From NCBI RefSeq assembly GCF_963921235.1, contig NC_086108.1, forward strand, positions 77,998,001 to 78,062,000: a DNA stretch of 64,000 nucleotides, given 5' to 3'. Both the position numbers and the translations under genes were made by a program. Numbering within the stretch: the first letter of the stretch is position 1; the number at the start of each line of letters is the position of its first letter. The notes beneath the pieces were generated by a model. It searched no databases and was not told where the DNA came from. It was given only the letters and a program-made list of their open reading frames with translations. Of the stretch, positions 12,691-26,390 are shown one piece after another. Source of the DNA: Mobula hypostoma. Lineage: Eukaryota.

Positions 12691-14080
12691 TGGATGTCAC
12701 TGACGATTTTATTAGTAGTGGGTTTTAAGATTGAGGAAGACAAAATGGCATTAAGGTTGATGTCAACAGAAGCAAAGAGTTTGTGTTTGAATTGCAATAT
12801 ATTCAAAGGTTTTGCATATAAACACAATGGTTACAACACGAGAGGCTACTCAACCTGCTCAGACTACAGTATGTGAGAAAAATCCAGCTAGTGACACTCA
12901 CCTCTCCCAAGGCCAAGCAAATTTGTTCCTTTCAGGTACTTAGCTTGCTGCCTTATGAATGTTACAAATTGACTAAATCCACTGACCAAAATTTAATTTA
13001 AGCTAGCTCTATATTGCCCATATTCCATGGAACCTTGCTTATCTATGCACATGTCCAAATTACTGGGCCGGGTAATTTATCCACTTTAAATGCCAACAGC
13101 CATTCTTGTAGTTCCCTTTTATCAAATCTTCCAGTAGATCAGTTACAAAAAAAGAGATACTGGAAATCTGGAACAAAAACAGTAAATGCTGGATGTATTG
13201 AACAGTTCAGACAGCATCTGTAGAGAGAGAAACTGAGACTAAATCAGCAGCATCTTACAGTTGTGGACTGGTGTTAAGCGCTTGTATAATATTGCTATGG
13301 TGCCAACATTCTCTGTGAATAAATTTCCTTCTACGTCTTTTCTCAGTCCCTGTGCACTTTTAGTCCTTTCCCTGCTTTCATGTGTTTTTGGATTTCCTTT
13401 TATGTTTGCTTCCAGTTTTTATTTCCTGATCTCTCTTTGTTTCTCTTATTTCCTTTTTTAAATTTCCCTCTGAAATTCTTACAATTGGATTGGTTCTCAC
13501 AGGTGTCAAAAACTTGGCATTTGTCATATGTTTGGATCAACCTAAGACGTTAACTCTGATCCTCTCTCCATACTTGCACATGGATTTGCTGAGTATCACC
13601 AGTATGCTCCAGTATTTTCTCTTTTTGCTTCAGACTGTGGCATCTGCAGTTGTTCTGCTTTTTCATTTTTTGTACATTCTTTTTATTCTATTTCAGAACC
13701 CTCCCCAGTGTTCATTTACTCAGTTATATACTTGTTTGTTAAGCTTTGATTCCTGTTTAACTGGGTTAAGTAGGAATTCGTCCCATTAAAAGTGCACCTC
13801 CTCCAGTTGACTATATTCGCCCTGGAGAAGTCCACCTCGGTTTCCATTGCTATTCTAATCTTTATGCTATAAAGCATTACCTTGAGTGATTGTCAGGGCA
13901 GAGAGCAACAGCCAGCTAAGAGTAAGCTGAACAAAATTGTTGTCAGAAATTTTCCACTCTGGAACTTCCATGGTATTTCATCTTGTGAACATCTCCTGAC
14001 AGACCTGCAAAATTGGTTATGGTCGTCAATGGCAGTCAACAACAGGAAGACATATACTGTTATAGCCCCACAACTGAATT

Positions 14081-17000
14081 TATAGAACCATAGAACATTA
14101 CAGCACAGAAACAGGTCTTTTGGCCCTTCTTGGCTGTGACAAACCATTTTTCTGCCTAGTCCCACTGAGCTGCACCTGGACCATATCCCTCCATACACCT
14201 CTCATCCATGTACCTGTCCAAGTTTTTCTTAAGTGTTAAAAGTGAGCCCGCATTTACCACTTCATCTGGCAGCTCATTCCACAATCCCACCACTCTCTGT
14301 GTGAAGAAGCCCCCCGCTAATGTTCCCTTTAAAGTTTTCCCCCTTCATCCTTAACGCATGTCCTCTGGTTTTTTGCTTCCTTAGCCTCAGTGAAAAAAGC
14401 CTGCTTGCATTCACTCTATCTATACCCATCATTATTTTATATACCTCTATCAAATCTCCCCCATTCTTCTACGCTCCAGGGAATAAAGTCCTAACCTATT
14501 CAACCTTTCTCTGTAACTCAGTTTCTCAAGTCCCGGCAACATCCTTGTAAACCTTCTCTGCACTCTTTCAACCTCATTAATATCCTTCCTGTAATTTGGT
14601 GACCAAAACTGCACACAATATTCCATATTCGGCCTCACCAATGCCTTATACAACCTCACTATAACATTCCAACTCATATACTCAGTACTTTGATTTATAA
14701 AGGCCAATGTACCAAAAGCTTTGAAAACCTTCCTCACTGTCCACTACACCTCCAATCTTTATATCATCAGCAAATTTGCTGATCCAATTTACCACATTAT
14801 CATCCAGATCATTGATATAGATGGCAAATAACAATGGACCCAGCACTGATCCCTGTTGCACACCACTAATTACAGGCCTCCACTCAGAGAAGCAATCCTT
14901 CACTACCACTCTTTGGCTTCTTCCATTGAGCCAATGTCTAATCCAATTTACTACCTCTCCATGTATACCTAGTGACTGAATCTTCTTAACTAACCTCCCA
15001 TGCGGGACCTTGTCAAAGGCCTTACTGAAGTCCATGTAGACATCCACTGCCTTCTCTTCATCCACTTTCCCGGTAACCTCCTTGAAAAACTCTAATAGAT
15101 TGGTTAAACATAACCTACCATGCACAAAGCCATGTTGACTCTCTCTAATACCTATAGGTGCAGGAGGAGAAGATGGCAACGAGCCTGCGCGTGCGCAGCC
15201 CTCTGGTAAAAAATGATATCATACCTGTTAAATAGGGGCCATGGACAATTCTGATTTGATGGAGAATGGACGTGAAAGCACAGAGGAACATCTGGAGAAA
15301 TTTCTGAAACGCCCATTCGCTGCTGTCATTACTGCGTGGTTGGGAATCTTTCAGAGGGTAGGCCTCAAAATCCCCGGCCTTGTCTGTTTTTGGTGACCGA
15401 GAAGGAGGTCGAATTGTTCGGACAGAGATGGCACTCAGTACTCGGTGTCGGAGAGCTGATCAGAGCTCGAAGTTTTCAGATGACTCAGAGTCGGACCGTG
15501 GTCGGGTATGGCAGGGAGAGTTTTTCTTCCTTCTCCCGTCTGGGACATTTGAGAAACTTTGAACTTTACTGTGCTCACGGACTTCTTCATCAAGTTATAG
15601 TATTGTTACACTGTTTGTAACTATATGTTATAATTATGTGGTTTTGTCAGTTTTTTCAGTCTTGGTTTGTCCTGTGTTTTGTGATATCACACCGGAGGAA
15701 ATAATGTATCATTTCTTAATGCATGCATTACTAAATGACAATAAAAGAGGACTACGTGTCTTTATAATCATAATAAGTCTCTGTCTATCCAAATACTTGT
15801 AGACCCTATCTCTTAGTACTCCTTCCAACAATTTACCTATGACCGACGTCAAATTTACCAGCCTATAATTTGCTGGATTACTTTTAGAGCCTTTTTCAAA
15901 CAGCGGAACAACATGAGCTATCCTCCAATCCTCTAGCACCTCACCCGTAGATACTGACATTTCAAATATATCTGCCAGGGCCCCTGCAATTTCAACACTA
16001 GTCTCCATCAAGGTCTGAGGGAATACCCTGTCAGGTCCTGGGGAATTATCTACTCTGATTTGCCTCAAGGTAGCAAGCACCTCATCCTCTTCAATCTGTG
16101 TACGTTCCATGACTTTACTACTTGTTTGCCTTATTTTCATAGACTCCATGCCAATTTCCTTAGTAAATACAGATGCAAAATCCCACTTAAGATCTCCCCC
16201 ATTTCTTTTGGTTCCATACACAGCTGACCACTCTGATCTTCAAGAAGACCAAATTTATCCCTTACTATCCTTTTGCTCTTAATATACCTGTAGAAGCTCT
16301 TTGGATTATCCTTCACCTTGACTGCCAAAGCAACCTCATGTCTTCTTTTAGCCCTCCTGATTTCTTTCTTAAGTTTTTTTTGCACTTTTTATACTCCTCA
16401 ACATCTTATTTGCTCCGTTTCCTATACATGTCATACCTCTCTTTCTTCTTCTTTATCAGAGTTCCAATATTCCTTGAGAACCAAGGTTCCTCATTGTTAT
16501 TCACTTTGCCTTTAATCCTGACAGGAACATACAAACTCTGCACTCCCAAAATTTCTCCTTTGAAGGCCTCCCACTTAGCAATCACATCCTTGCCAGAGAA
16601 CAACCTGTCCCAACCTACGCTTTTTAGATCCTTTCTCATTTCTTCAAATTTGGCCTTTTTCCAGTTTAGAACCTCAACCCGAGGACCTGATCTATCTTTA
16701 TCCATGATCAGGTTGAAACTAATGATGCTATGATTACTGGAACCAAAGCGTTCCCCTACACACACTTCTGTCACCTGTCCTAACTCGCTTCCTAATAGGA
16801 GATCTAATATTGCATCCTCTCTAGTTGGTACCTCTATATATTGATTTAGAAAACTTTCCTGAACACATTTTACAAACTTTAACCCATCTAGACCTTTAAC
16901 GGTATGGGAGTCCCAATCAATATGTGAAAAATTAAAATCCCTTATCACAACTTTATGTTTCCTGCAGTTGTCTGCTATCTCCTGCAGATTTGCTCCTCCA

Positions 17001-18595
17001 ATTCTTGCTGACTATTGATGTGGTCAAACCTTTCCTGTTTCTCAGCTCCACCGATATGGCCTCTAATCTGTCCTGCCTGAGCACTGTTGTAACATTTTCC
17101 CTGACTGGCAATGCCACCCCCCCCACCCTTCATTCCTCTGCCCCTGTCACATCTGAAACATCGGAACCCTAGAACATTAAGCTGCCAGTCCTGCCCCTCC
17201 TGCAGCCAAGTTTCACTAATGGCTATAATGTCGTAATTCCATGTGTCAATCCATGCCCTCAGCTCGTCAGCCTTCCCCACAATACTCCTTGCATTGAAAT
17301 AGACACCTCAGATTACTACCACCACACACAACCCTTCTATCTGTGACTTTGCATGAACTTTTTAATATTTATTTTCACCCCCGCTCCACTATCTGCTCTG
17401 GCACTCTGGTTCCCATACCTTTGCAAATCAAGTTTAAACCCTCCCCAACAGCACTAACGAACCTTCCTGCAAGGATATTGATCCCCTTGCATTTCAGGTG
17501 CAACGCATCTCTCTTGTACAGGTCCCACCTGCCCCAAAAGAGGTCCCAATGATCCTGAAATCTGAAACCCTGCCCCCTACACCAGTTCCTCAGCCATGTG
17601 TTCATCCGCCAGAGCATCCTATTCCTACCCTCACTAGCACGTGGCACAGGTAGCAATCCTGAGATTACCACCCTCGAAGTCCTGCTTTTTAACTTCTTAC
17701 CATGCTGTCTATACTCACTCTCCAGGACCTCCTCACTCTTTCTTCCTACGTCATTGATACTGTACTGATGTGTACCATGACATCTGGCTGATCACCCTCC
17801 CACTTCAGAATGTTGTGCACACGATCAGAGACATCCCTGACCCTGGCACCCGGGAGGCAACAAACCATCCGGGAGTCTCTGTCACGACCACAGAACCTCC
17901 TATCTGTACCTCTAACTATCGAGTCCCCTATCACTACCGCTCTCCTCTTTTTCTACCCTCCCTTCTGCATTGCAGAACCAGACTCAGTGCCAGAGATCCG
18001 GCTGCCACAGGTTGTCCCAGGTAAGTCATCCCCCCCAACAGTATCCAAATCGGTATACTTGTTGTTGAGGGGAATGGCCACAGGGGAACCCTGCTCTGCC
18101 TGCCCTTTCCCCTTCCCTTGCCTGATGGTAACCCAATTACCTGTGCGCTGCTCCTTTGGCGTAACTACCTCCCTGAAGCTACTATCTATAAACACCTCAT
18201 TTTCCCCAGTGATCTGGAGGTCATCCATCTCCTGCTCCAGTTCCCTAACGCGGATTGTTAGGAGCTGCAGCTGGATGCACTTCTTGCAGGTGTCGTTGTC
18301 AGGGACATCGGAGGTCTCCCTGATTTCCCACATCCTGCCTGGCATTCTCTCTACTCTAAACAAACAAAACAAAACTTACTGGAACTTACCCTCGCCTCTG
18401 CCTGTTCACGCCGAAGCCTGTTGAGCCAAAGCTGTCCCTCACTCCACTGCCCGCTGTATATGGTGGTCTTTTTTTAAACCTTTAGTGCTGTACGTCACGT
18501 GCCTGCGCAGTCTAGCCTCTTTTCCCCAAGCAGTGTAAAAAAAAATCTTCTCTCTGAGATTCCTTTACTCCTTCACTCTCAGCCTCTTGCTCTGC
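14081..18595 (-). mobile_element. Near full-length CR1 LINE (ORF1 zinc finger/esterase; ORF2 APE-RT), disrupted
   Basis: ORF1 pieces CKKC-coiled coil and IGDSIVRG (SGNH esterase); ORF2 pieces IIAISETWL, DFNF, SPGPD, NYRLVNLTS, DFSKAFDKVPH, QGSVLGP, FADD; TAGAACCA-type tail at 14081; several frameshifts. Confidence 0.92.
15151..15770 (+). mobile_element. 620-bp non-coding retroposon inserted into the CR1 RT region
   Basis: Interrupts CR1 ORF2 between TAATA direct repeats (15146-50, 15771-75); 5' GGAGAAGATGGC motif, 3' AATAAA and ATAATC tail. Confidence 0.75.
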
Positions 18596-19318
18596 TTTTT
18601 TAAAAATGTCAGGTGCTAAATAGAATAGAAGACCATAGATTTAGATTATTTTGTACTTCCTTCTGGTTGGATTTCAAGTCCAACTATTCATACAGGAGGC
18701 TCTTCATTCCCTAAAGCACAGTCTACTTTTTTTTTGTGGAGAAAAATTCCAACCCTACGAGATTTTCAAGAAGCTGTGTGCAAAGAAGATGGCTGTGACT
18801 GAAAAAATACTTGATAATATATGTACAGTATCTATAATAATAGTAATATATGTAATGTCTCTTATCAAGAGGTAAAATTTAGAAATAGTTCATGAAACAT
18901 TTTATAGAAATGGCTACTGACCCAGTGTGGATAAATTCACTCGCCTCAAATCTGAAGTGATTTCACAACCTATAGACTTCCTTTCAAGGACAGGGCAACT
19001 GGTGTACTCATTGTTATTCATATACTTTTTTAAAGTTTTTCGTCTTTTGCACATTTGTTGTTTCAGTCTTCCTTTGTGTGCGGTTTTTCATTCATTCTAT
19101 TCCATTTCTCCATTCTACTTTGAGAGCCTGCAAGAAAATGAATTTCAAGGTAGTATATAGCAACATTTACACTCAATAATAATTTTGATTTGAAACCATG
19201 ATGGCGAGGAGAAGAAAAGATGAAAGTACAAGTAATAGAATTGTTTACATGGGAGTAACTGCAAGAAGAAGCCATGATGGTTGTCAAGGTTATGGAGGAA
19301 GTGGTGAGGAACTAGCTT

Positions 19319-19566
19319 GGGAGTGTAGCAGTTAACATAACACTATTACAGCGCCAGTAACCCTGCTTCAAATGCATTAATATCTGAAAGGATTTTGTAT
19401 GTTCCCCTGTGACCACAGAGGTTTCCTGCGAGTGCTCCAATTTCTTCCCACAACCCAAAGGCATACAGATTACTTGGCTAATTGGTCACATGGATGTAAA
19501 TGGTCAGCATGGATTTGTTGAGCCGGAAGGGCCTGTTACTATTCTGTATCCCTAAATAAAATAAAA
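19319..19566 (+). mobile_element. V-SINE/HE1-like SINE
   Basis: tRNA-like head, V-domain-like GGTTTCCTGCGAGTGCTCC...CCCACA, TAAATAAAATAAAA tail. Confidence 0.65.
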
Positions 19567-20134
19567 TTTCAAATCTCCTGTATGTATTCATTCGGAAATG
19601 TCTCGGGCTTTGCTTGCTTTGGCAGTAAATGTTTGATTGCATCATGGATTACTATTTTGCATAATTGGGAGAGAAAAACGTGTTGCCCTGCTTTTAAAAC
19701 TTCCCTGTATTCCCTGTCTTAAAGGATATAATTATGTGTCTTAAGTCCTCTAACAAAAGGCTCAATGTTCACACAATTTGAAAGATATTTTTTCTAATCT
19801 CTTCATCTCAGTATCAATTAAATTAGCCAATCAGTGATGCAAATATGTCAATTAAATAGGTCTTTCTTCCTCATATTCATCCTTCGCCATAGCTTTCCCT
19901 GTTCCAATGGAAGTGTTCCACTATTATATATCGAACTGATTTCCGAAGAAAATTGTTTATCCTTTATCTTGCACTTTTCATACAGCCTTCCTCCTTGTAC
20001 TCCCTACCCTTGATTACAAGGAGTTATTAAAAGAGCTCATGGGTGTTGATTTCCAATTCCTTGTATGAATCTCAAATATGCCTTTTTAGTGGAGTTGAAT
20101 TTCGAGATTAGTTGGCAGACAATTCGAGCAATCC

Positions 20135-20585
20135 ACATGAAATGCTTGAGGAACTCAGCAGGTCAGGCAGCTTCTGTGGAAATGTACACAGTCAACATTT
20201 CAGGCTGAGGCCCTTCTTCAGGGTTGGAAAGGAAAGGGGGAGATGCCAGAATTTTTAAAAAAGTGAGGTGAGGGGAGGGGAAGTAGGATAGTTAGAAGGT
20301 GGTAGGTGAAGCCAGGTGGGTAGGAAAGGCCAAGGGCTGGAGTGGAAGGAATCTGATAGAGGAGGAGAGTGTACCATAGGAGAAAGGGAAGGAGGGGGTG
20401 CAGGGTGATGTAACAGACAGGTGAGAAGAGACAAGAGGCCAGAATGGGGAATAGAAGGGGGGGTTAATTTTTTTTACTGGAATGGGAAATTGATAGTCAT
20501 GCCATTTTGGAGGATACCCAGACAGAATCTAAAGTGTTGCTCCTCCTTCCTGAGGGTGGCCTCATCATGGCACAAGAGGAGGCCC
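20135..20585 (-). mobile_element. Penelope-like 3' fragment (GIY-YIG C-terminus plus pLTR)
   Basis: Reverse strand encodes DEATLRKEEQHFRFCLGILQNGM, matching the 49.6-49.8 kb copy; decayed hammerhead at 20189-20226. Confidence 0.75.
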
Positions 20586-20815
20586 TGTGCAATTAGGGCA
20601 ATTCTTGATCTGCTGCTAATTCATAACAAAATTGCATCATTCAGCCACATTTGTTTAGCTGAAGTATACTCCAGCTCCTTGTTTCCTGGTTACTGGCATT
20701 TTTTCTAAGACTCTGAATGACTTGATTGGTTGGGAGACAATTAATTGTTCAAGGCTGTGATTTGGGAATATGTGTTTAAAAGCTTATAAAGTCTTCTAGA
20801 AGTATTATGGGTAAG

Positions 20816-22193
20816 CAGACATCCCACCTCTCCCGGAAGTTCTGGGAGTCTCCCACATCTCGGTAGTGGCTCCCTAACGCCCGGAAATTATATACAATAT
20901 CCCGGAAATAGATTTTTTTGAGAGGGAGAGCGAGCATCCTGATTGGTCTCTCTTCGTGCTAAGAGTGGTCCCCAACCACCGGGCTGCGAGGAAACGATAT
21001 GATTTGGCGATATGAAACGATATGAGTCAGCAGCACCTTTCCTCATTCCCTGTCATGCACTGTTGAATTTTAACGCATGCGAGGTCATCAGTGACCCGAG
21101 ACGAGCAAAGGAATGCGTCCGTGACCCATTTGTGAATGTCCCCGGTGAATCATCCACGTCAGCGCGGGAAAAAGATCAACTCCTCGAGCTTGCAAATGAC
21201 GGTGGGCTGAAAGTATGTTTGACATAACATCTCTGCCGGCATTCTGGATCAAAGTCAAGGCTGAATATCCTGAGATAGCCACGGAAGCACTGAAAACGTT
21301 GCTTCCATTTCCAACATATCTCTGTGAAGCGGAGTTTTCTGCAATAAATGCAACGAAAACTAAATTGCGGAATAGACTGGACATAAGGAACCCCCTTCGA
21401 GTATCACTGTCTCCCATCACCCCTCGATAGGACCGTCTTGTTGCGGGAAAACAAGCCCAGGGCTCCCACTGATTCAGCGATATTGGTGTGTTGCAATGAT
21501 TTTATATGTTCATACGGGAAAAATATGCACTGTGTGTTTAATATCCAAACGTTACTTAAAATGTTATGATGCTATTGACTTATCACCTATATTCCGGTTG
21601 TGATTAACACCCCCGCCCCCCTGTCGGCCGGTCTGCAAGAATATTGTCAATATTGAACTGGTCTGTGGTGCAAAAACGATTGCGGACCCCTGCTAAGTAG
21701 ACCTATCAGTTTTCTCTGTGGGTGGGCTTTACAGTTGACCTCAAAAATAATGACAGTGTTGCTCGCTGCACTATTTGCAACAGTGACTTTTCTATTGCCC
21801 GTGGTGGGTTAAAATGTAAAAGACATGTTGAGGTGAGTTTAACAGGTGTCATTTGTTCATTAGCATAGCTAACATTATTTAAGCCAGCTGGCTGGCTGCT
21901 AAGGAGCTATGCTATTGAAGTCCTACTTGATAAGGTCAAACTCCCTGTAGACTTGCTTAAAGTTGTAATAGAATAAACATGATAATATAATATAATATAA
22001 TATAAGTATATATTTTAATGTCACATTTTCTGCATATACCCAACTTGGTTTACAGATTAGACAAAATCACTAAACAAAGTATTACATACACCCTTGGAGG
22101 TCGACCGTGGGTGGGGGGGGGCGCGGGATATGGGGTTGTGGGGGGCGGGGGTGCTACCTCCCTGAAATGAGTTTTTGCAGGGTGGGATGTCTG
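20816..22193 (+). mobile_element. Non-autonomous hAT-like DNA transposon with 6-bp TSD
   Basis: TIRs CAGACATCCCACC / GGTGGGATGTCTG; TSD GGTAAG at 20810-15 and 22194-99; BED-finger-like remnant NNDSVARCTICNSDFSIARGGLKCKRHVE (21746-21832) ending at donor GTGAGT. Confidence 0.8.
20964..21692 (+). mobile_element. hAT-Charlie deletion derivative nested in the previous element
   Basis: Ends AGTGGTCCCCAACC / GATTGCGGACCCCTG; encodes the hAT C-terminal dimerisation region FWIKVKAEYPEIATEALKTLLPFPTYLCEAEFS...KTKLRNRLD; partial TSD CTAAG. Confidence 0.85.
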
Positions 22194-22455
22194 GGTAAGG
22201 ATTAAATAGTCTTTTCTTACCAGATGGATGTAAAGGAGGAAAGCAATTTTAATAGGATGATTAGCCAGGATAAGCGGAAGAGAAAGAGTAGGATAAAAGC
22301 AACTAGCTGGAGGCCCTTTAGTGTATGTAGACAGTAGTTCTCTTAGAGTAATATTTCAGAGAATTTGTCTCCAGAAAAGAGATACTCATTTTCAACCTCT
22401 ATATCCTAGTCATAGAACTGTAGTGGTGCTATTTTGGACAGTGACCATGAGCTTT

Positions 22456-23042
22456 AGACAATAGACAATAGGTGCAGGAGTAGGTCATTTGCCCCTTCGA
22501 GCCAGCACCGCCATTCACTGTGATCATGGCTGATCATCCACAATCAGTATCCAGTTCCTGCCTTATCCCCATAATCTTTGATTCCACTATCTTTAAGCGC
22601 CCTATCCATCTCTTTTTTGAAAACATCCAGAGACTTGGCCTCCACAGCCTTCTGGGGCAGAGCATTCCATATATCCACCACTCTCTGGGTGAAAAAGTTT
22701 TTCCTCAACTCCGTTCTAAATGGCCTACTCCTAATTCTTAAACTGTGGCCTCTGGTTCTGGACTCACCCATCAGTGGGAACATGCTTCTTGCCTGCAGTG
22801 TGTCCAATCCTTTAATAATCTTATATGTTTCAATAAGATCCCCTCTCAGCCTTCTAAATTCCAGAGTATACAAGCCCAGTCGCTCCAATCTTTCGAAATA
22901 TGACAGTCCCGCCATCCCGGGAATTAACCTTGTGAACCTACACTGCACTCCCTCAATAGCAAGAATGTCCTTCCTCAAATTTGGAGACCAAAACTGCACA
23001 CAGTACTCCAGTTGTGGTCTTACCAGGGCCCTGTACAACTGC
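22456..23042 (-). mobile_element. Young 5'-truncated CR1 (ORF2 C-terminus and 3' UTR)
   Basis: 164-aa ORF YRALVRPQLEYCVQFWSP...; (AGACAAT)n tail; AGCTTT direct repeats at 22450-55 and 23043-48. Confidence 0.9.
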
Positions 23043-23262
23043 AGCTTTCTTGTCTTGGGATCTTTCTAGACTGGCACTAGCCACATTTAGAATCAAAATT
23101 AGATACGTTATCACTGACAGAAGCAGCAATATTTGTTTTCTGGCAGCAGTACAGTGCAAGGTATTTTAAAAAATTACTATAAATTAAATAAAAAATACAT
23201 AGTGCAAAAAAGGCCATGCTCAAGGATTATTAGCAAAGCGGCTGAATTTGTAATGCACTTTT

Positions 23263-24235
23263 GCAAAGCTGCTCGACAAGCTGATAGGGTTGTTAAGAAG
23301 GCATATGATATGTTGGCCTTCATTAGGAGATTGAGTTCAGCAGCCTTGAGGTAATGTTGTAGCTCTGTAAAATCCCTGGTTAGAACACACTTGCATTCAG
23401 CTATGATCCCCTGAAGGATGTTGAAACTGTAGAGAGGGTGCAGAGGGGATTTATCAGTATGCTGTGTGGACTAGAGGGCATGTCTTGTGAGGATAGCTTG
23501 AGTTTGTTAGGGCTTTTCCCTTTGGGGCAAATGACAATGACTGGCGACTTAATAGAGGTGTACAAGATAAGACCATAAGACATAGCAGCGGAATTGGGCC
23601 ACTCAGTTTATCAGGTCTGCTCCACCATTCCATCATGGCTGATTTATTATTCCTCTCAACCCCATTCTCATGCCTTCTTCCCGTGAACTTTGACACCCTG
23701 ACTAATCAAGAAACTATCAACCTCCGCTTTAGATATACCCAATAATAAGGCCTATACAGCCATCTGTGGCAGTGATTTCTACATATTCACTACGCACTGG
23801 CTAAAGAAATTCCTTTTTATCTGTGTTCTAAATGGATCCCACTATTCTGAGGCTGTGCCTTCTGTTCCTAGACTCCCCCACTATAGGAAACATCTTCTCC
23901 ACATCTACTCTATCCGGGCCTTTCAATGTTCGATAGGTTTCGATGGGATTCCTCCTGCCCTCCCCCACCCCACCATTCTAAATTCCAGTAAGTACAGGCC
24001 CAGAGCAATCAAACACTCCTCATACGTTAACCTTTACTTTCCCAGAATCAGTCTTGTGAACCTCCTCTGGACCTTCTCCAATGCTAGTACATCTTTTCTT
24101 GAACAACGGGCTCAAGACTGAAGGAAAAATGGAGAGCTATGTGTGAGGGAGGTGTTAGATTGATCTTGGAGAAGGTCGCACAAGATTGTGGGCTAAAGGG
24201 CCTGTACTATGCAGTACTGTTCTATGTGCTGTATT
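23263..24235. mobile_element. Old + strand CR1 3' fragment interrupted by a - strand CR1 3' fragment (about 23565-24120)
   Basis: VVKKAYDMLAFI and YKSLVRTHL remnants on +; reverse CR1 3' UTR starting ATAAGACCATAAGACATAG. Confidence 0.65.
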
Positions 24236-26390
24236 GGGTTGAGGAGGTGCAGGAGAATATTTCTTTATTGAGGAAAAAAGGGACAGCCAATTCGAGCTTC
24301 ATTGAGCCTCTGCCACTCCATCCATGCAACCTGATTCCTGATAATCTGAAGATGCGAAGGCCTTTCAGCCCTGGTAGTTATCACAAGAAGCTTAAGCTTC
24401 TACCACAGGTTTTCTATGTTTCTATGTTTCTATGTTACAGTTGTTTATGGCTCTGCTTCCTGCTGCATTAGTTTTTGGAGCAATGATGGTCACACGGTGG
24501 TATGTCAGCAAGGGCTGAGATGAAACTATCCTCAGTATCCATGCTAGAGAGGAGCAGTTCCATTTTTTTTCCAACCAAAATCGTTTACAAAAATGAAGTT
24601 GGATTTCCTGCAGATTTTGACATTTATAGCAGGGTTTCACCAAATGTGATAGTGCCTCAGGAATTGTGTGCACTAGCCCCTGTCTATAGGGAGCCATGTT
24701 AAGGTCTTTACAATTACACTGGAGCAAAATTTAGAGGTAACCTCAGTTTACAGGTGTTGCATGAATTGGCTGGCAACTGTACAATCCTTTTCCACTGGTT
24801 ATTCATACCTAATATTGCATGTTGATCCCAACAGTAAGGTAACCTACAAGATTTGCAGTACCAGTATTTAAGCTGGTGGTTAAACATACTCCCAGATTAT
24901 TCAGTGTTGTGTTTTATGGAATTCTTGGGTTCTCAGCAGTCAGCAATCTGTCAAAAGAACGCTTAAGGAAAGGGTTAACTAGAGACGAGGGAGCAAATAA
25001 TTATTGGTAATATGCCAGCATTGAAATTTATAGATACATGTAAGGTGATAAACAGTTGAATTGTCATTGCTGGAGCTGTAATCATGATAGTGAACAAAAA
25101 AAACAAGATTTTTATGTCTTGTGGTGCATCATGAACCCAGCACACACTTTATTTAGGGTCATCCAGTCTAGCTTCATGAGTATATGGATCAGTCATTTAC
25201 TATTTTCACCCCATGTTCAGAATTTTCCCATTATTTGTATGTTGGTATTCTTTTTTTCCTAATGTGGCATTTTTGTCTAAGTTGTTCAGTATATGAAAGA
25301 AAGAGTGAGGCCTCAGTATGATTCTTAATAATGAAAGGAAGAATTGGTGCCTTAGCAGTCAGATGGAAACTGAGACTCCAAGGACCAGAAACAAGGAAGG
25401 AACAAAGAACAGTAAATTACAACGTAAAATCTTCAGGAGGAGAAAAAAGGGAAAGAATCAGAGAAACAAATATGCATATCATTAAAGAGTGTGGATAGAA
25501 AAATAATCTAAATCAAAATCCAAGAAACGAGGGTAGGTTTTGGTGTAGATAGAAGCAGAAAGGAAAATAACAGATGTGATCTAAATGCTATCATTGACAG
25601 AATTAATATGTGAAAACTTAGTATGTTAATGTGACATTCCACTTCCTGCCATCTTAATGTAGCCATTAATTCATATGGATTAATATTACTAGTAAAATAA
25701 TGGAGAGAGCAATAACATTCAGTATGAACCTCTGTAGAGCAGCAAAGGTTATTATCTGAGCATTAAGATAAAGATTGAAATTAAACAACTGAAGCAATTA
25801 GAATAGGTAATTGTGAAGAAAGGTGAAATAAAAAGGACAAAATGTAAGAACTTAATCAGTGAAAAATGAAAAGGAGCAGAACATATCAGTAAATAAAAGC
25901 ATCCTAATGGATGCAATACAGTCAAGAAGTTTGTAGATGATTGATGTGGTTGACATAGTGGAATAAAACTCTTTTAAAGCAGATTGTAAATGGTTTAATC
26001 ATTTAGGAAGATTAGAGTTAAATGGGATCTGATTCAGGTAAGTACGAGGTAATACGTTTGGCAGGTGCTGCAATTTAAAAGGGAATATAGACTAAACAAG
26101 AGAATACAGAATATGATGCAGGAACAAATAGACTGTGGAATGTCCGAAGATCATAAAAATCTCAAGACAAATTGATAAGATAGCTACAAAGGTATAGACA
26201 ATGATTTCTTTATTAAACAAAGCACAGAATGTGTGATCAGGGTGCTATGCTAGAAAGAGATACAACAATTAGTAGGCCACAGATTAATGATTATATACAA
26301 TTATGGCAATCACATTACAGGAATGGTGTAGTTGCATTGACAAGGGTATAGAGACTGCCAGGACTGGGAATGTCTGACTATGAATAAAGA

